DNA from: Polyangiaceae bacterium
GTDB taxonomy: Bacteria > Myxococcota_A > Polyangia > Polyangiales > Polyangiaceae
DNA length: 34,517 nucleotides
Direction: 5' to 3'
Assembly (NCBI GenBank): GCA_044222475.1
Contig: JBGANF010000088.1
Location: 1-34,517, forward strand
Below the pieces are notes generated by a model. The model ran no database searches. It was not told the origin of the DNA and saw nothing but the letters and a program-made list of their open reading frames with translations. The first letter of the stretch is position 1; each line of letters starts with the position of its first letter. This document shows, one piece after another, positions 1 through 7,698 of the stretch. The position numbers and the translations under genes are program-made.

Positions 1-775
1 CCTCCGGCTCGACGTCCGGCGCGGTGTGCATGAGCGTGCGGAGGAAGCGCGCCGGGACCCAGTTGCCGCCACCGAGCGGATCGCGCTCGCAGAGCGCCGC
101 GAGCTCGGGCTTGTTCGAGATCCGATCCATCTTCGACATGAAGCGCATCGGGAGCGGGAGCCCGTCGGTGATCGGTCGAAACGCCTCGAGCATCCAGAGC
201 CCCGCGCTCCCGAGCAGCTTCGTCCGGGCGAACCCTTGCCGCACCGCGGGCTCGCGCGGATCGGCGAGCGTCGTCGCGACGAGGCCGACCACTCGCTTCG
301 ATCGCGCGGCGACGTGATACGCGAGCAACCCGCCGAGGCTGACGCCGAAGAGCACCACCGGGCGACCGTCGCGCGCGAGCTCCGCGTCGATGAGCGCGGT
401 GACGCAGTCGATCCAAAGGCCGTAGTCCATGCGCTCGCGCTCGACCGACGTGAGCCCGTACCCGGGGAGATCCGGCGAGAGCGTCTCCCAGCCGTGATTG
501 CGCGCGATCACCGCGGCGGGTGCCATCACGCGCCCGTAGGCGCCGGCGCCGTGGAGGACGATGACCTTGATCGGCGACTCGGGCACCGCGAGGCGGTCGA
601 GGTGGACGTCGATCCCGTTCCACGACCACCACTCCTCGCGCGGCGTCGTCTCGGGGGTGCACCGCATCGCGGGCGGGAAGAAGTCTTGGTAGCGCTGCCA
701 GCCGTCGAGGTCGGCGTAGTGGCGGCGGCGGTTCGTCGAGGTCGGGGCGAGGGCGAGAGAGGTCGAAGTCGTCAT
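1..775 (-). CDS. Alpha/beta hydrolase (lysophospholipase-like), 3' end runs off the window
   Basis: Not in the ORF track because there is no stop in the window. Manual translation from ATG 775: MTTSTSL...IKVIVLHGAGAYG...SPDLPGYG...VVLFGVSLGGLLA, giving the HG oxyanion motif, DLPGYG and a GxSxG nucleophile elbow. Confidence 0.85.
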   Translation of the reverse strand, partial: MTTSTSLALAPTSTNRRRHYADLDGWQRYQDFFPPAMRCTPETTPREEWWSWNGIDVHLDRLAVPESPIKVIVLHGAGAYGRVMAPAAVIARNHGWETLSPDLPGYGLTSVERERMDYGLWIDCVTALIDAELARDGRPVVLFGVSLGGLLAYHVAARSKRVVGLVATTLADPREPAVRQGFARTKLLGSAGLWMLEAFRPITDGLPLPMRFMSKMDRISNKPELAALCERDPLGGGNWVPARFLRTLMHTAPDVEPE

Positions 776-825
776 GGGCCTCTTGATACGGCGGCCCCGA
801 CGGACTGGCAGTGACCGAGCGCGAC

Positions 826-849
826 AACCGATTGACCGCGCGCACCGTC
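826..849 (+). promoter_or_regulatory. Possible ECF-sigma promoter (AAC-N17-CGTC) upstream of the ligase, overlapping a TTGAC-N10-GTCAA inverted repeat
   Basis: AAC 826-828 and CGTC 846-849; TTGAC 832-836 and GTCAA 847-851, in the divergent intergenic gap. Short motifs, so chance is possible. Confidence 0.3.
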
Positions 850-903
850 AACCGCGCGACCTGGCGCGCGCAGGCGCGAATTGGGCTACAAATGACGCCT
901 CCG

Positions 904-2010
904 ATGGACCTGCCGATTCGCCCACCGCTGCTGCCGATGCTCGCCAAGCGTTCGCTCGAGCTCCCCGAGGGCGACGGCTGGATCTTCGAGCCGAAGTGGG
1001 ACGGTTTTCGCGTGCTCGTCTTTCGCGACGGCGACGAGGTCGTCCTCCAGAGCCGCGACTCGAAGCCCCTGGGTCGCTACTTCCCCGAGCTCGAAGCGCT
1101 CGTGAGGGCTCAGCTCCCCGCCCGCTGCGTCGCCGACGGCGAGATCGTGATCGCGACGCCGGACGGTCTCGACTTCGAGGTGCTTCAGAACCGACTCCAC
1201 CCGGCGGCCTCGCGCGTGAAGCTCCTCTCCGAGCAGACGCCGGCGTCTCTGATCCTGTGGGACCTCCTCGCGCTCGACGCGCGCGATCTTCGGGGCGAGC
1301 CGTTCACCACGCGCCGCGCCGAGCTCGCCAAGAGCATCGCGGACGCGAAGCCGCCGCTTCACCTCACTCCCGCCACGACCGATCGCGCGGTCGCGGCCGA
1401 CTGGTTCGCGCGGTTCGAAGGCGCCGGCTTCGACGGCGTGATCGCGAAGCGCGCCGAGGGCATCTACGAGCCCAACAAGCGCGCGATGGTCAAGGTGAAG
1501 CACGAGCGCGAGTGCGACGTCGTGGTCGCCGGCTTCCGCTGGCACAAGGGCAGCGAGAAGACCGCCGTCGGATCGCTGATGCTCGGCCTCTACGACGATG
1601 ATGGGAAGCTCCACCACGTCGGAGTCGCGGCGAGCTTCACCGCGGCGAAGCGCAAGGAGCTCGTCACGTTCCTCGAGCCGTACCGCGCCGGTGCGATCGA
1701 CCATCACCCGTGGAAGGAGTGGGCCGACTTCCAGGCCCACGCTTCGGGCCAGCGATTGCCGGGCGGAAAGAGCCGATGGAGCCAGGGCAAGGACCTCTCG
1801 TGGGAGCCGCTCCGCATCGAGCTCGTCATCCAGGTCAGCTACGACCACATGCAGAGCGAGCGCTTCCGGCACACCGCGCACTTCCGCCGCTGGCGCAGCG
1901 ACAAGAAGCCGAGCGATTGCACCTACGCGCAGCTCGACGTCGTCGCGCCGCAGGAGCTCGCGGAGATCTTCGCGAAGGAGCTCACCGCCGCCCCGCCGAA
2001 GGGCATGTAG
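904..2010 (+). CDS. ligC: ATP-dependent DNA ligase, LigC type
   Basis: Motifs EPKWDGFR (adenylated Lys), DGEIV, WDLL, DGVIAK, MVKVKH and a C-terminal OB domain with RFRH. N-terminus MDLPIRPPLLPMLAK is typical of LigC, so the start is moved from 811 to ATG 904 (892 also possible). Confidence 0.9.
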   Translation: MDLPIRPPLLPMLAKRSLELPEGDGWIFEPKWDGFRVLVFRDGDEVVLQSRDSKPLGRYFPELEALVRAQLPARCVADGEIVIATPDGLDFEVLQNRLHPAASRVKLLSEQTPASLILWDLLALDARDLRGEPFTTRRAELAKSIADAKPPLHLTPATTDRAVAADWFARFEGAGFDGVIAKRAEGIYEPNKRAMVKVKHERECDVVVAGFRWHKGSEKTAVGSLMLGLYDDDGKLHHVGVAASFTAAKRKELVTFLEPYRAGAIDHHPWKEWADFQAHASGQRLPGGKSRWSQGKDLSWEPLRIELVIQVSYDHMQSERFRHTAHFRRWRSDKKPSDCTYAQLDVVAPQELAEIFAKELTAAPPKGM

Positions 2011-3024
2011 TCAGCGCGGATCGAGCGGCGTCCCAGGGAGCACGCCGTCGCACGACGTCGGGCACCCTTCGATCCGCATCCGAAACGAGTACGTGTCGTC
2101 CGTCGTGCCCCACGTCCCGTCTTTCCCCGGTGACGAGTGGATGCGCGCATCGAAGACGCCGGCCTCGCACTTCGTCGACGCGGTGGACGTGACGTCGTCG
2201 TCGTTCGTGAAGAGCGCCTGATCGGGCCCCGCCTTCCAGGTCTGGAGGAACTGGTAGTAGCCGTTCTGTTTCCGGAGGTCGGTGTAGCGACTCGTCGCCA
2301 CGTCGTCCTTCGTGCCCCACTTGCCGTCGGCCCCCGCGGCGGTCGAGAACATGCCCCAGTCGGAGAAGCGGCTCGTCACGATCGCGAGCTGATCGTCGCT
2401 GGTGTTCCACTTCCCGTCGATGCCGGCGCCGTTGTAGTCGTCCTCGCGGACGCGGGCGGTCGTCACGCCGTCGCCGTAGGCGTAGACCCAGCGCTCCGAG
2501 GCGACGTCGTCGGCCGTGCGCCAGATGCCGTCCCCACCGGGGCTCGAGTAGGTGAGCGCGGTGGCCACCTTTCCGTTTTCGAGTGTCCCACCTCGGTACG
2601 ACGCGACGACGTCGTCGTCGGTGCCCCACGTGCCGTCGGTCCCGGGTCCCGAGAACCGGACGATCCGAACGCTCGACCCGCTCTTGATCACGCGCTGCTG
2701 GGAGGCGATCACGTCGTCGTCGGTGCCCCACTTGCCGTCGCCACCGGGCCCGGAGTACGCCGTCTCGGTGGCGACCTGATCGGTCTCGTCGATCTCTTGG
2801 ACGAGCGCCTTGTCCTCGAGCACGTCGTCGCTCGTGCCGAGCACGCCGTCGCCTCCGGCGAGGTAGGCGCGTTGGACCCAGTGCTTGCACGTCGGGCCGG
2901 TGCTCGAGTCGCCGAAGAGCGCCCCATCCGGAAGCGGCGAAGCATCGCCGCCAGCGTCCGCCGCGCCGAACCCCGCGGAACCTCCGCAGCCCACCAGAAC
3001 CACCAAGAGCATCCCTCGTCCCAT
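2011..3024 (-). CDS. Lipoprotein with 8 GxDGxWGTxDD-type repeats
   Basis: Signal peptide and lipobox MGRGMLLVVLVGC, followed by eight copies of a G-x-D-G-x-W-x-T-x-D-D motif. Confidence 0.75.
   Translation of the reverse strand: MGRGMLLVVLVGCGGSAGFGAADAGGDASPLPDGALFGDSSTGPTCKHWVQRAYLAGGDGVLGTSDDVLEDKALVQEIDETDQVATETAYSGPGGDGKWGTDDDVIASQQRVIKSGSSVRIVRFSGPGTDGTWGTDDDVVASYRGGTLENGKVATALTYSSPGGDGIWRTADDVASERWVYAYGDGVTTARVREDDYNGAGIDGKWNTSDDQLAIVTSRFSDWGMFSTAAGADGKWGTKDDVATSRYTDLRKQNGYYQFLQTWKAGPDQALFTNDDDVTSTASTKCEAGVFDARIHSSPGKDGTWGTTDDTYSFRMRIEGCPTSCDGVLPGTPLDPR
2095..2859 (-). repeat. Intragenic protein repeats (8 copies)
   Basis: AGGDGVLGTSDD, GPGGDGKWGTDDD, GPGTDGTWGTDDD, SPGGDGIWRTADD, GAGIDGKWNTSDD, AAGADGKWGTKDD, KAGPDQALFTNDD, SPGKDGTWGTTDD. 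Confidence 0.85.
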
Positions 3025-3064
3025 CGGTCCACTCGGTGGCGCGACGGTCGGCGGACATTCAACG

Positions 3065-4363
3065 TCAAGTCTGACCGGGCCAGAACTTCGGCTCGTCGTC
3101 GGGATCCGGCGGCTCGTCCTTGGGTCGCTGATCCTCGGGGACGTGGCGGAGGTTGATGCGGATGCGCGTCCAGGTCGTCGACCGACCGCGCATCGAGTCG
3201 ACGAGCACGTCGTCGACCGCGAGGAGCTTCGCGGCTTCGGGGTGGCGGGCCTTCCAGCGTTCGAGGCCGGCGAGCGCCGCGTCCTTGTCTCCGGACTTCG
3301 CGATCACGATGAGCGGCATCGTGGACTTCCGGCGTCCGGTCGGGCTGTCCGCCTTCTTCGCCCGCGACGGGGCGACCCGCGGCGCTTCGCCGTCCATCTT
3401 CTTGTAGTGCGGCGGCCACGGCGCGTCGGCCAGACCGGAGGCTTCGTCCTTGGCGGCGAGCTCGAAGAGCCTCTCGAGCGACCCCACGCTCTCGTCCATC
3501 TTCGCGTGTGGGTCGCCCATCTCCGCGTACCGTTTTGGTACCGTGAAGACGGTGAAGTCGGCCGGGTTCGACTCGGCGACCTCGTGCCAGTGCAGCGGCG
3601 TCGAGACGCGCGCGTCGGCGAGCGGCCGGATCGAGTACGCCGAGCACGTCGTGCGATCCTTCGCGTTCTGGTTGTAGTCGAGGAACACGCCGTGCCGCTC
3701 CTCCTTCCACCACTTCGCGGTCGCGAGCTTCGGCGCGCGCCGCTCGATCTCCCGCGCGAACGCGAGCGCCGCGCGCCGCACCTCGGGGAACGTCCAGCGC
3801 TGCTGGATGCGCACGTTGACGTGCATCCCGCGCGAGCCGCTCGTCTTCACCCAACCGACGAGGCCCAGCTCTTCGAGCAACGCCTTCACCTCGAGCGCGA
3901 CCTTGCGGACCGAGTCCCACTCGACGCCGGGACCCGGGTCCAAGTCGATGCGAAGCTCGTCCGGGTGGTGCAGATCGGCCGAACGCACCGGGTGCGGGTG
4001 GAGCTCGATGCACCCGAGGTTGACGACCCACGCGAGCCCAGCGGCATCGTCGACGACGATCTCCTCGGCAGTACGCCCCGATGGAAACGACAGCGTCGCC
4101 GTGCGCAGGAACTCGGGCCGCTTCTCGGGCGCGCGCTTTTGATAGAACGGAGGTGCGCCCGCGCCGTTGACGAAGCGCTTGAGCACGATCGGCCGATCGC
4201 GGATCCCCTGGAGCGCGCCGTCGGCGACCGACAGGTAGTACCGGACGATGTCGAGCTTGGAGAGCTTGATGTCCTTGCCCCAGTAGAGCTTGCTCGGGTG
4301 CGTGACCCGGACCTCGTGGCCTCCGATCGACAGGATCTCCGGTGCCTCTTCCTTGGACGCCAT
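3065..4363 (-). CDS. Stand-alone LigD polymerase-domain protein (AEP primase-polymerase, Prim-PolC type) with C-terminal extension
   Basis: THPSKLYW, KRFVNG, FYQKRAP, RIDLDP (DxD), KTSGSRGMH, FLDYNQN, SAYSIRP, VSTPL. Start placed at ATG 4363 (MASKEEAPEIL) to avoid overlap with polX. Confidence 0.9.
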   Translation of the reverse strand: MASKEEAPEILSIGGHEVRVTHPSKLYWGKDIKLSKLDIVRYYLSVADGALQGIRDRPIVLKRFVNGAGAPPFYQKRAPEKRPEFLRTATLSFPSGRTAEEIVVDDAAGLAWVVNLGCIELHPHPVRSADLHHPDELRIDLDPGPGVEWDSVRKVALEVKALLEELGLVGWVKTSGSRGMHVNVRIQQRWTFPEVRRAALAFAREIERRAPKLATAKWWKEERHGVFLDYNQNAKDRTTCSAYSIRPLADARVSTPLHWHEVAESNPADFTVFTVPKRYAEMGDPHAKMDESVGSLERLFELAAKDEASGLADAPWPPHYKKMDGEAPRVAPSRAKKADSPTGRRKSTMPLIVIAKSGDKDAALAGLERWKARHPEAAKLLAVDDVLVDSMRGRSTTWTRIRINLRHVPEDQRPKDEPPDPDDEPKFWPGQT

Positions 4364-4385
4364 CGCGGGGCTACATCTTTTCCCG

Positions 4386-6110
4386 ATGGGCGATCCCAAG
4401 CAAGACGTACTCGCAATGCTCGAGGAGCTCGGCGAGCTGACCACGCTCGAAGAGGGTACGCCGCAGTCGTTCCGCGTCCGCGCCTACGAGAGCGCGGCCC
4501 AGGGAATCGCAGCGTTCCCCGGCGACATCGGGAAGCTGAGCTCGAAGGAGCTCCAGGAGATCGAAGGCGTGGGCAAGAGCACCGCCGAGAAGATCCTGGA
4601 CCTCCTCGCCGGGCGGCCGGTCGAGAAGCTCGAGAAGCTGCGGAAGAAGCACCCGGCGAGCGTCGTCGCGCTCATGCGCATCCAGGGCCTCGGCCCCAAG
4701 GCGGTGCAGAAGCTGCGGAGCGAGCTCGGCGTCCAGTCGATCGACGATCTGAAGCGCGTCGTCAAAGAGCAGAAGATCCGAACGCTGCCCGGCTTCGGCG
4801 CGAAGTCGGAGGAGAAGCTCGCCGCGACGCTCGCGCGGCTCGAGGCGCAAGGCACCATCGGCCGCACGCCGATCTCGGTGGCGCTCCCGCTGGCGCGCCG
4901 CATCGAGGCGCGGATCCTCGAGGTCCCCGGAGTGCTCCACGCGTCGCACTGCGGGTCGCTCCGGCGGTTCTCCGAGACGGTGGGTGACATCGACATCCTC
5001 GTCGCCGCGAAAGACGCTGCCCCCGTCATGGAGGCGTTCCTCTCGATGCCGATCGTCGATCAGGTGCTCGCCAAGGGCGACACGAAGTCGAGCGTCGTGA
5101 CCCGTCGCGGCACCCAGGTCGACGTCCGCGTCGTCGAGAAGCACCAGCTCGGCGCCGCGCTGATGTACTTCACCGGATCGAAGGGCCACAACATCAAGCT
5201 GCGGCAGCGCGCGCTCGCTCGCGGGTGGACGCTCAACGAGTACGCGCTCTCCGAGCTCGAGGGTGGCAAGGTCATCGCGAGCGAGACCGAAGAGGACATC
5301 TACCGCGCCCTCGGTTTGCCGTGGATCCCGCCGGCCCTTCGCGAAGACCACGGCGAGATCGAGCTCGCGGAGGCGGGGAAGCTCCCCGAGCCCATCGGCG
5401 CGCTCCACGGTGACTTCCACGTCCACACGACGACCTCGGGCGACGGGCTGTCCACGCTCGAAGACATGGTCGCGGCGGCGAAGGCGCGCGGCTACGGCGT
5501 CCTCGCGATCACCGAGCACGCCGAGGGAACCGTCTCCGGCGTGAAGCGAGAGGTGCTCGCCGCGCAGCGCGAAGCGATCACGGCGCTCCAGAAGAAGGTC
5601 GGAAAGTCGATCCGGATTCTGCACGGCGCGGAGCTCAACATCGGACCCAAGGGCGAGCTCGACTACGACGACGAGTTCCGGCGTGGCCTCGACTTCTGCC
5701 TGGCTTCGGTCCACGACCACTTCGATCTCGATCGGGCGGCGCAGACGGCGCGCATCGTGAAGGCGATGGAGGACCCGTCGGTCAAGATGATCGGGCACCT
5801 CACCGCGCGCATGATCGGCGGCCGGCCGCCGATCGATCTCGACATCGACGCGATCTTCGACGCCGCCGAGCGCACCGACACGGCGATCGAGCTCAACGGA
5901 TCGCTGCCCCGCCTCGACGTCTCGGTCGACATCGTCCGCCGGGCGAAGGATCGCAAGGTGAAGTTCGTCCTCACGAGCGACGCGCACCACGTCGACGAGC
6001 TCGAGAACGTCGCCTATGCGGCCAGGAACGCCGAGCGCGCCGGCCTCGATCGCGCGCGCATCGTGAACGCGCACGGCGCGAAGGAGCTCCTCGCCTGGGC
6101 GACGCGCTGA
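4386..6110 (+). CDS. polX: DNA polymerase X with PHP exonuclease domain
   Basis: FRVRAYESAA, HhH motifs IEGVGKS/IQGLGPK/LPGFGAK, CGSLRR, GDIDIL (DxD), VDVR, YFTGSKGHN; PHP residues DFHVHT..SGDG, TEH, GAE, SVH, IGH, SDAH. Start ATG 4386. Confidence 0.95.
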   Translation: MGDPKQDVLAMLEELGELTTLEEGTPQSFRVRAYESAAQGIAAFPGDIGKLSSKELQEIEGVGKSTAEKILDLLAGRPVEKLEKLRKKHPASVVALMRIQGLGPKAVQKLRSELGVQSIDDLKRVVKEQKIRTLPGFGAKSEEKLAATLARLEAQGTIGRTPISVALPLARRIEARILEVPGVLHASHCGSLRRFSETVGDIDILVAAKDAAPVMEAFLSMPIVDQVLAKGDTKSSVVTRRGTQVDVRVVEKHQLGAALMYFTGSKGHNIKLRQRALARGWTLNEYALSELEGGKVIASETEEDIYRALGLPWIPPALREDHGEIELAEAGKLPEPIGALHGDFHVHTTTSGDGLSTLEDMVAAAKARGYGVLAITEHAEGTVSGVKREVLAAQREAITALQKKVGKSIRILHGAELNIGPKGELDYDDEFRRGLDFCLASVHDHFDLDRAAQTARIVKAMEDPSVKMIGHLTARMIGGRPPIDLDIDAIFDAAERTDTAIELNGSLPRLDVSVDIVRRAKDRKVKFVLTSDAHHVDELENVAYAARNAERAGLDRARIVNAHGAKELLAWATR

Positions 6111-6114
6111 GGGC

Positions 6115-6648
6115 TCACGGCGGCGGCGGCCCGTTGTAGCGCGAGAGCTTCCACGTGCCCTTCGTGCACGTCGCCGTCGTCGCGTTCCACGAACAGGGGC
6201 CGTACTTGCACGACTGCGCGGGAGTGGGGCACGCCGCGCCATCGGCGGGAACGCCGTACGGGCATCCGTCGGCACGAAACGCCGGCGGTACCTTCGGGGT
6301 ACAGACCGTCGGCATCTGCTTTCCCTTCGGCGGTGGGGGTCGGAGCGCCCCGCCGCACTGAGGAGGCACGTCGCACACGCACGTCCCTTCGTCGTAGGTG
6401 CACGGTGGGTTGCCCCAGAAGCACGGAGCCGCTCCCGCCGCGGCGTAGGTCGGGGCGCAGTGCGCGCCGAGCGTGGTCGCAGAGGCGTTCGCGTCGGGCG
6501 GAGCGGCGTCGGGCGGAGCGGCGTCACGGGATGCGCCGTCTTGCGGGGCGGGCTCGGCCGCGGCGTCGCCGCCCAGGGTGACACTGGGCGTTTCCGCCGG
6601 CGTACACGCAGCGAGGAGGAGCAAGCAGCTCAGGCTGAGCTTCGACAT
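6115..6648 (-). CDS. Cys-rich myxobacterial-type lipoprotein
   Basis: MSKLSLSCLLLLAAC lipobox, DAAPPDA linker, two CxxxxxxxGxxC...CxY modules. Confidence 0.7.
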   Translation of the reverse strand: MSKLSLSCLLLLAACTPAETPSVTLGGDAAAEPAPQDGASRDAAPPDAAPPDANASATTLGAHCAPTYAAAGAAPCFWGNPPCTYDEGTCVCDVPPQCGGALRPPPPKGKQMPTVCTPKVPPAFRADGCPYGVPADGAACPTPAQSCKYGPCSWNATTATCTKGTWKLSRYNGPPPP

Positions 6649-6840
6649 CGGCTTGGCCGAAGCTACGCCGCATCGCGTCGACCGCAAAGCTCGCCCGCGG
6701 CCGCTCGCGGCAGGCTCGCGACTCGCGAACGGTCACGACCCCTGGTTCACCGTTTCGGCGAGGGAGGCGAAACGAGGATCCTGAGTGCGTCTGGGTGGAT
6801 GTAGTCAAAATCGAAATCTCGGCCCAATAACAGCGTTACG

Positions 6841-6881
6841 GATCCGCGAGCCATCGCGGATCGGCTGGCACGTGGCGTGAA
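6841..6881 (+). promoter_or_regulatory. Perfect 9-bp inverted repeat followed by a candidate sigma54 -24/-12 promoter
   Basis: GATCCGCGA-gcca-TCGCGGATC at 6841-6862; TGGCACG-tggc-GTGAA at 6866-6881 against consensus TGGCACG-N4-TTGCW. The -12 element is imperfect. Confidence 0.45.
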
Positions 6882-6893
6882 AAGGGGAACGGC

Positions 6894-7676
6894 ATGACCT
6901 CGGTCAAACTCCTCTCTCTCGCCGCCCTCGCCACCCTCGCGCTCGGCACCGCCGCATGCACCTCGACCTCCGCCGGTGACGATGACGCACTCACGAGCGT
7001 AGCGGACGAGCTCGCCACGACCGGCCCGACCTACGCCGCTGGGACGCAGCTCCGCACGACGGCCGCCTTGAACCTCCGGTCGAGCGGCTCGACCAACGCG
7101 AGCGTGCTCCGCGTCATGCCGAACGGCGCGACCGTGACGGTGCGCGCCACGAGCGGGGCGAACGCCTGGGTGGCGGTCAGCTTCAGCGGCTACGACGGCT
7201 GGGCGCACACGAGCTACCTCGTCCCGGCGAACAACGGCGGCGGCGGTGGCGGCTCGAACCCCGGAGGCTACAGCGCGACCCGCGGCAACAAGCTCGCGAG
7301 CACCGCCCTCCGGGTGGACGGCGACCCGTCGGGTGGCTGGTGCGCCCGCGAGGTGTCGGACTCGGTCGAAGCTTCGGGCATCATTCCGAGCGGCAAGACC
7401 TGGTACCGCAACAACGCGATCGACATCTCCGAGTACATGGTGAACAACCCCGGGTACACGTCGGGTGTCGGGTTCCAGCGCATCAACGTGGGCGCGAACG
7501 ACATCCCCAAGGGCAGCATCATCGGCTGGCGTCGTGGCCAGTGCGGCTACAACTCGAAGTACGGCCACATCGAGATCGCCGTCGATTCGACGTCGAGCCG
7601 CGCGTGCTCCGACTTCTGCGGTTCCATCAAGAAGACCTGCGGAGCTCCCTACGTCTTCATGCCGACCACGCTCTGA
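6894..7676 (+). CDS. Lipoprotein with SH3b domain and CHAP/NlpC-P60-like Cys-His peptidoglycan hydrolase domain
   Basis: Lipobox GTAAC; SH3b TTAALNLRSSGST...VLRVMPNGATV...WVAVSFSGYDGWAH; Gly linker; SGGWCAREV and YGHIEIA as the papain-like Cys...His-x-Glu set. Confidence 0.75.
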   Translation: MTSVKLLSLAALATLALGTAACTSTSAGDDDALTSVADELATTGPTYAAGTQLRTTAALNLRSSGSTNASVLRVMPNGATVTVRATSGANAWVAVSFSGYDGWAHTSYLVPANNGGGGGGSNPGGYSATRGNKLASTALRVDGDPSGGWCAREVSDSVEASGIIPSGKTWYRNNAIDISEYMVNNPGYTSGVGFQRINVGANDIPKGSIIGWRRGQCGYNSKYGHIEIAVDSTSSRACSDFCGSIKKTCGAPYVFMPTTL

Positions 7677-7698
7677 GGGCATGGGATAGAGTCGCCGG

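Noticed and set aside
2095..2859. Recurring gtcgtcggtgccccac DNA words resembling a CRISPR array
   Set aside because: Degenerate at third codon positions, in frame within a CDS, irregularly spaced, and no cas genes nearby.
904..4363. Complete NHEJ (Ku-LigD) operon
   Set aside because: No Ku and no phosphoesterase domain in the window; ligase and polymerase are separate LigC/Prim-PolC-type genes.
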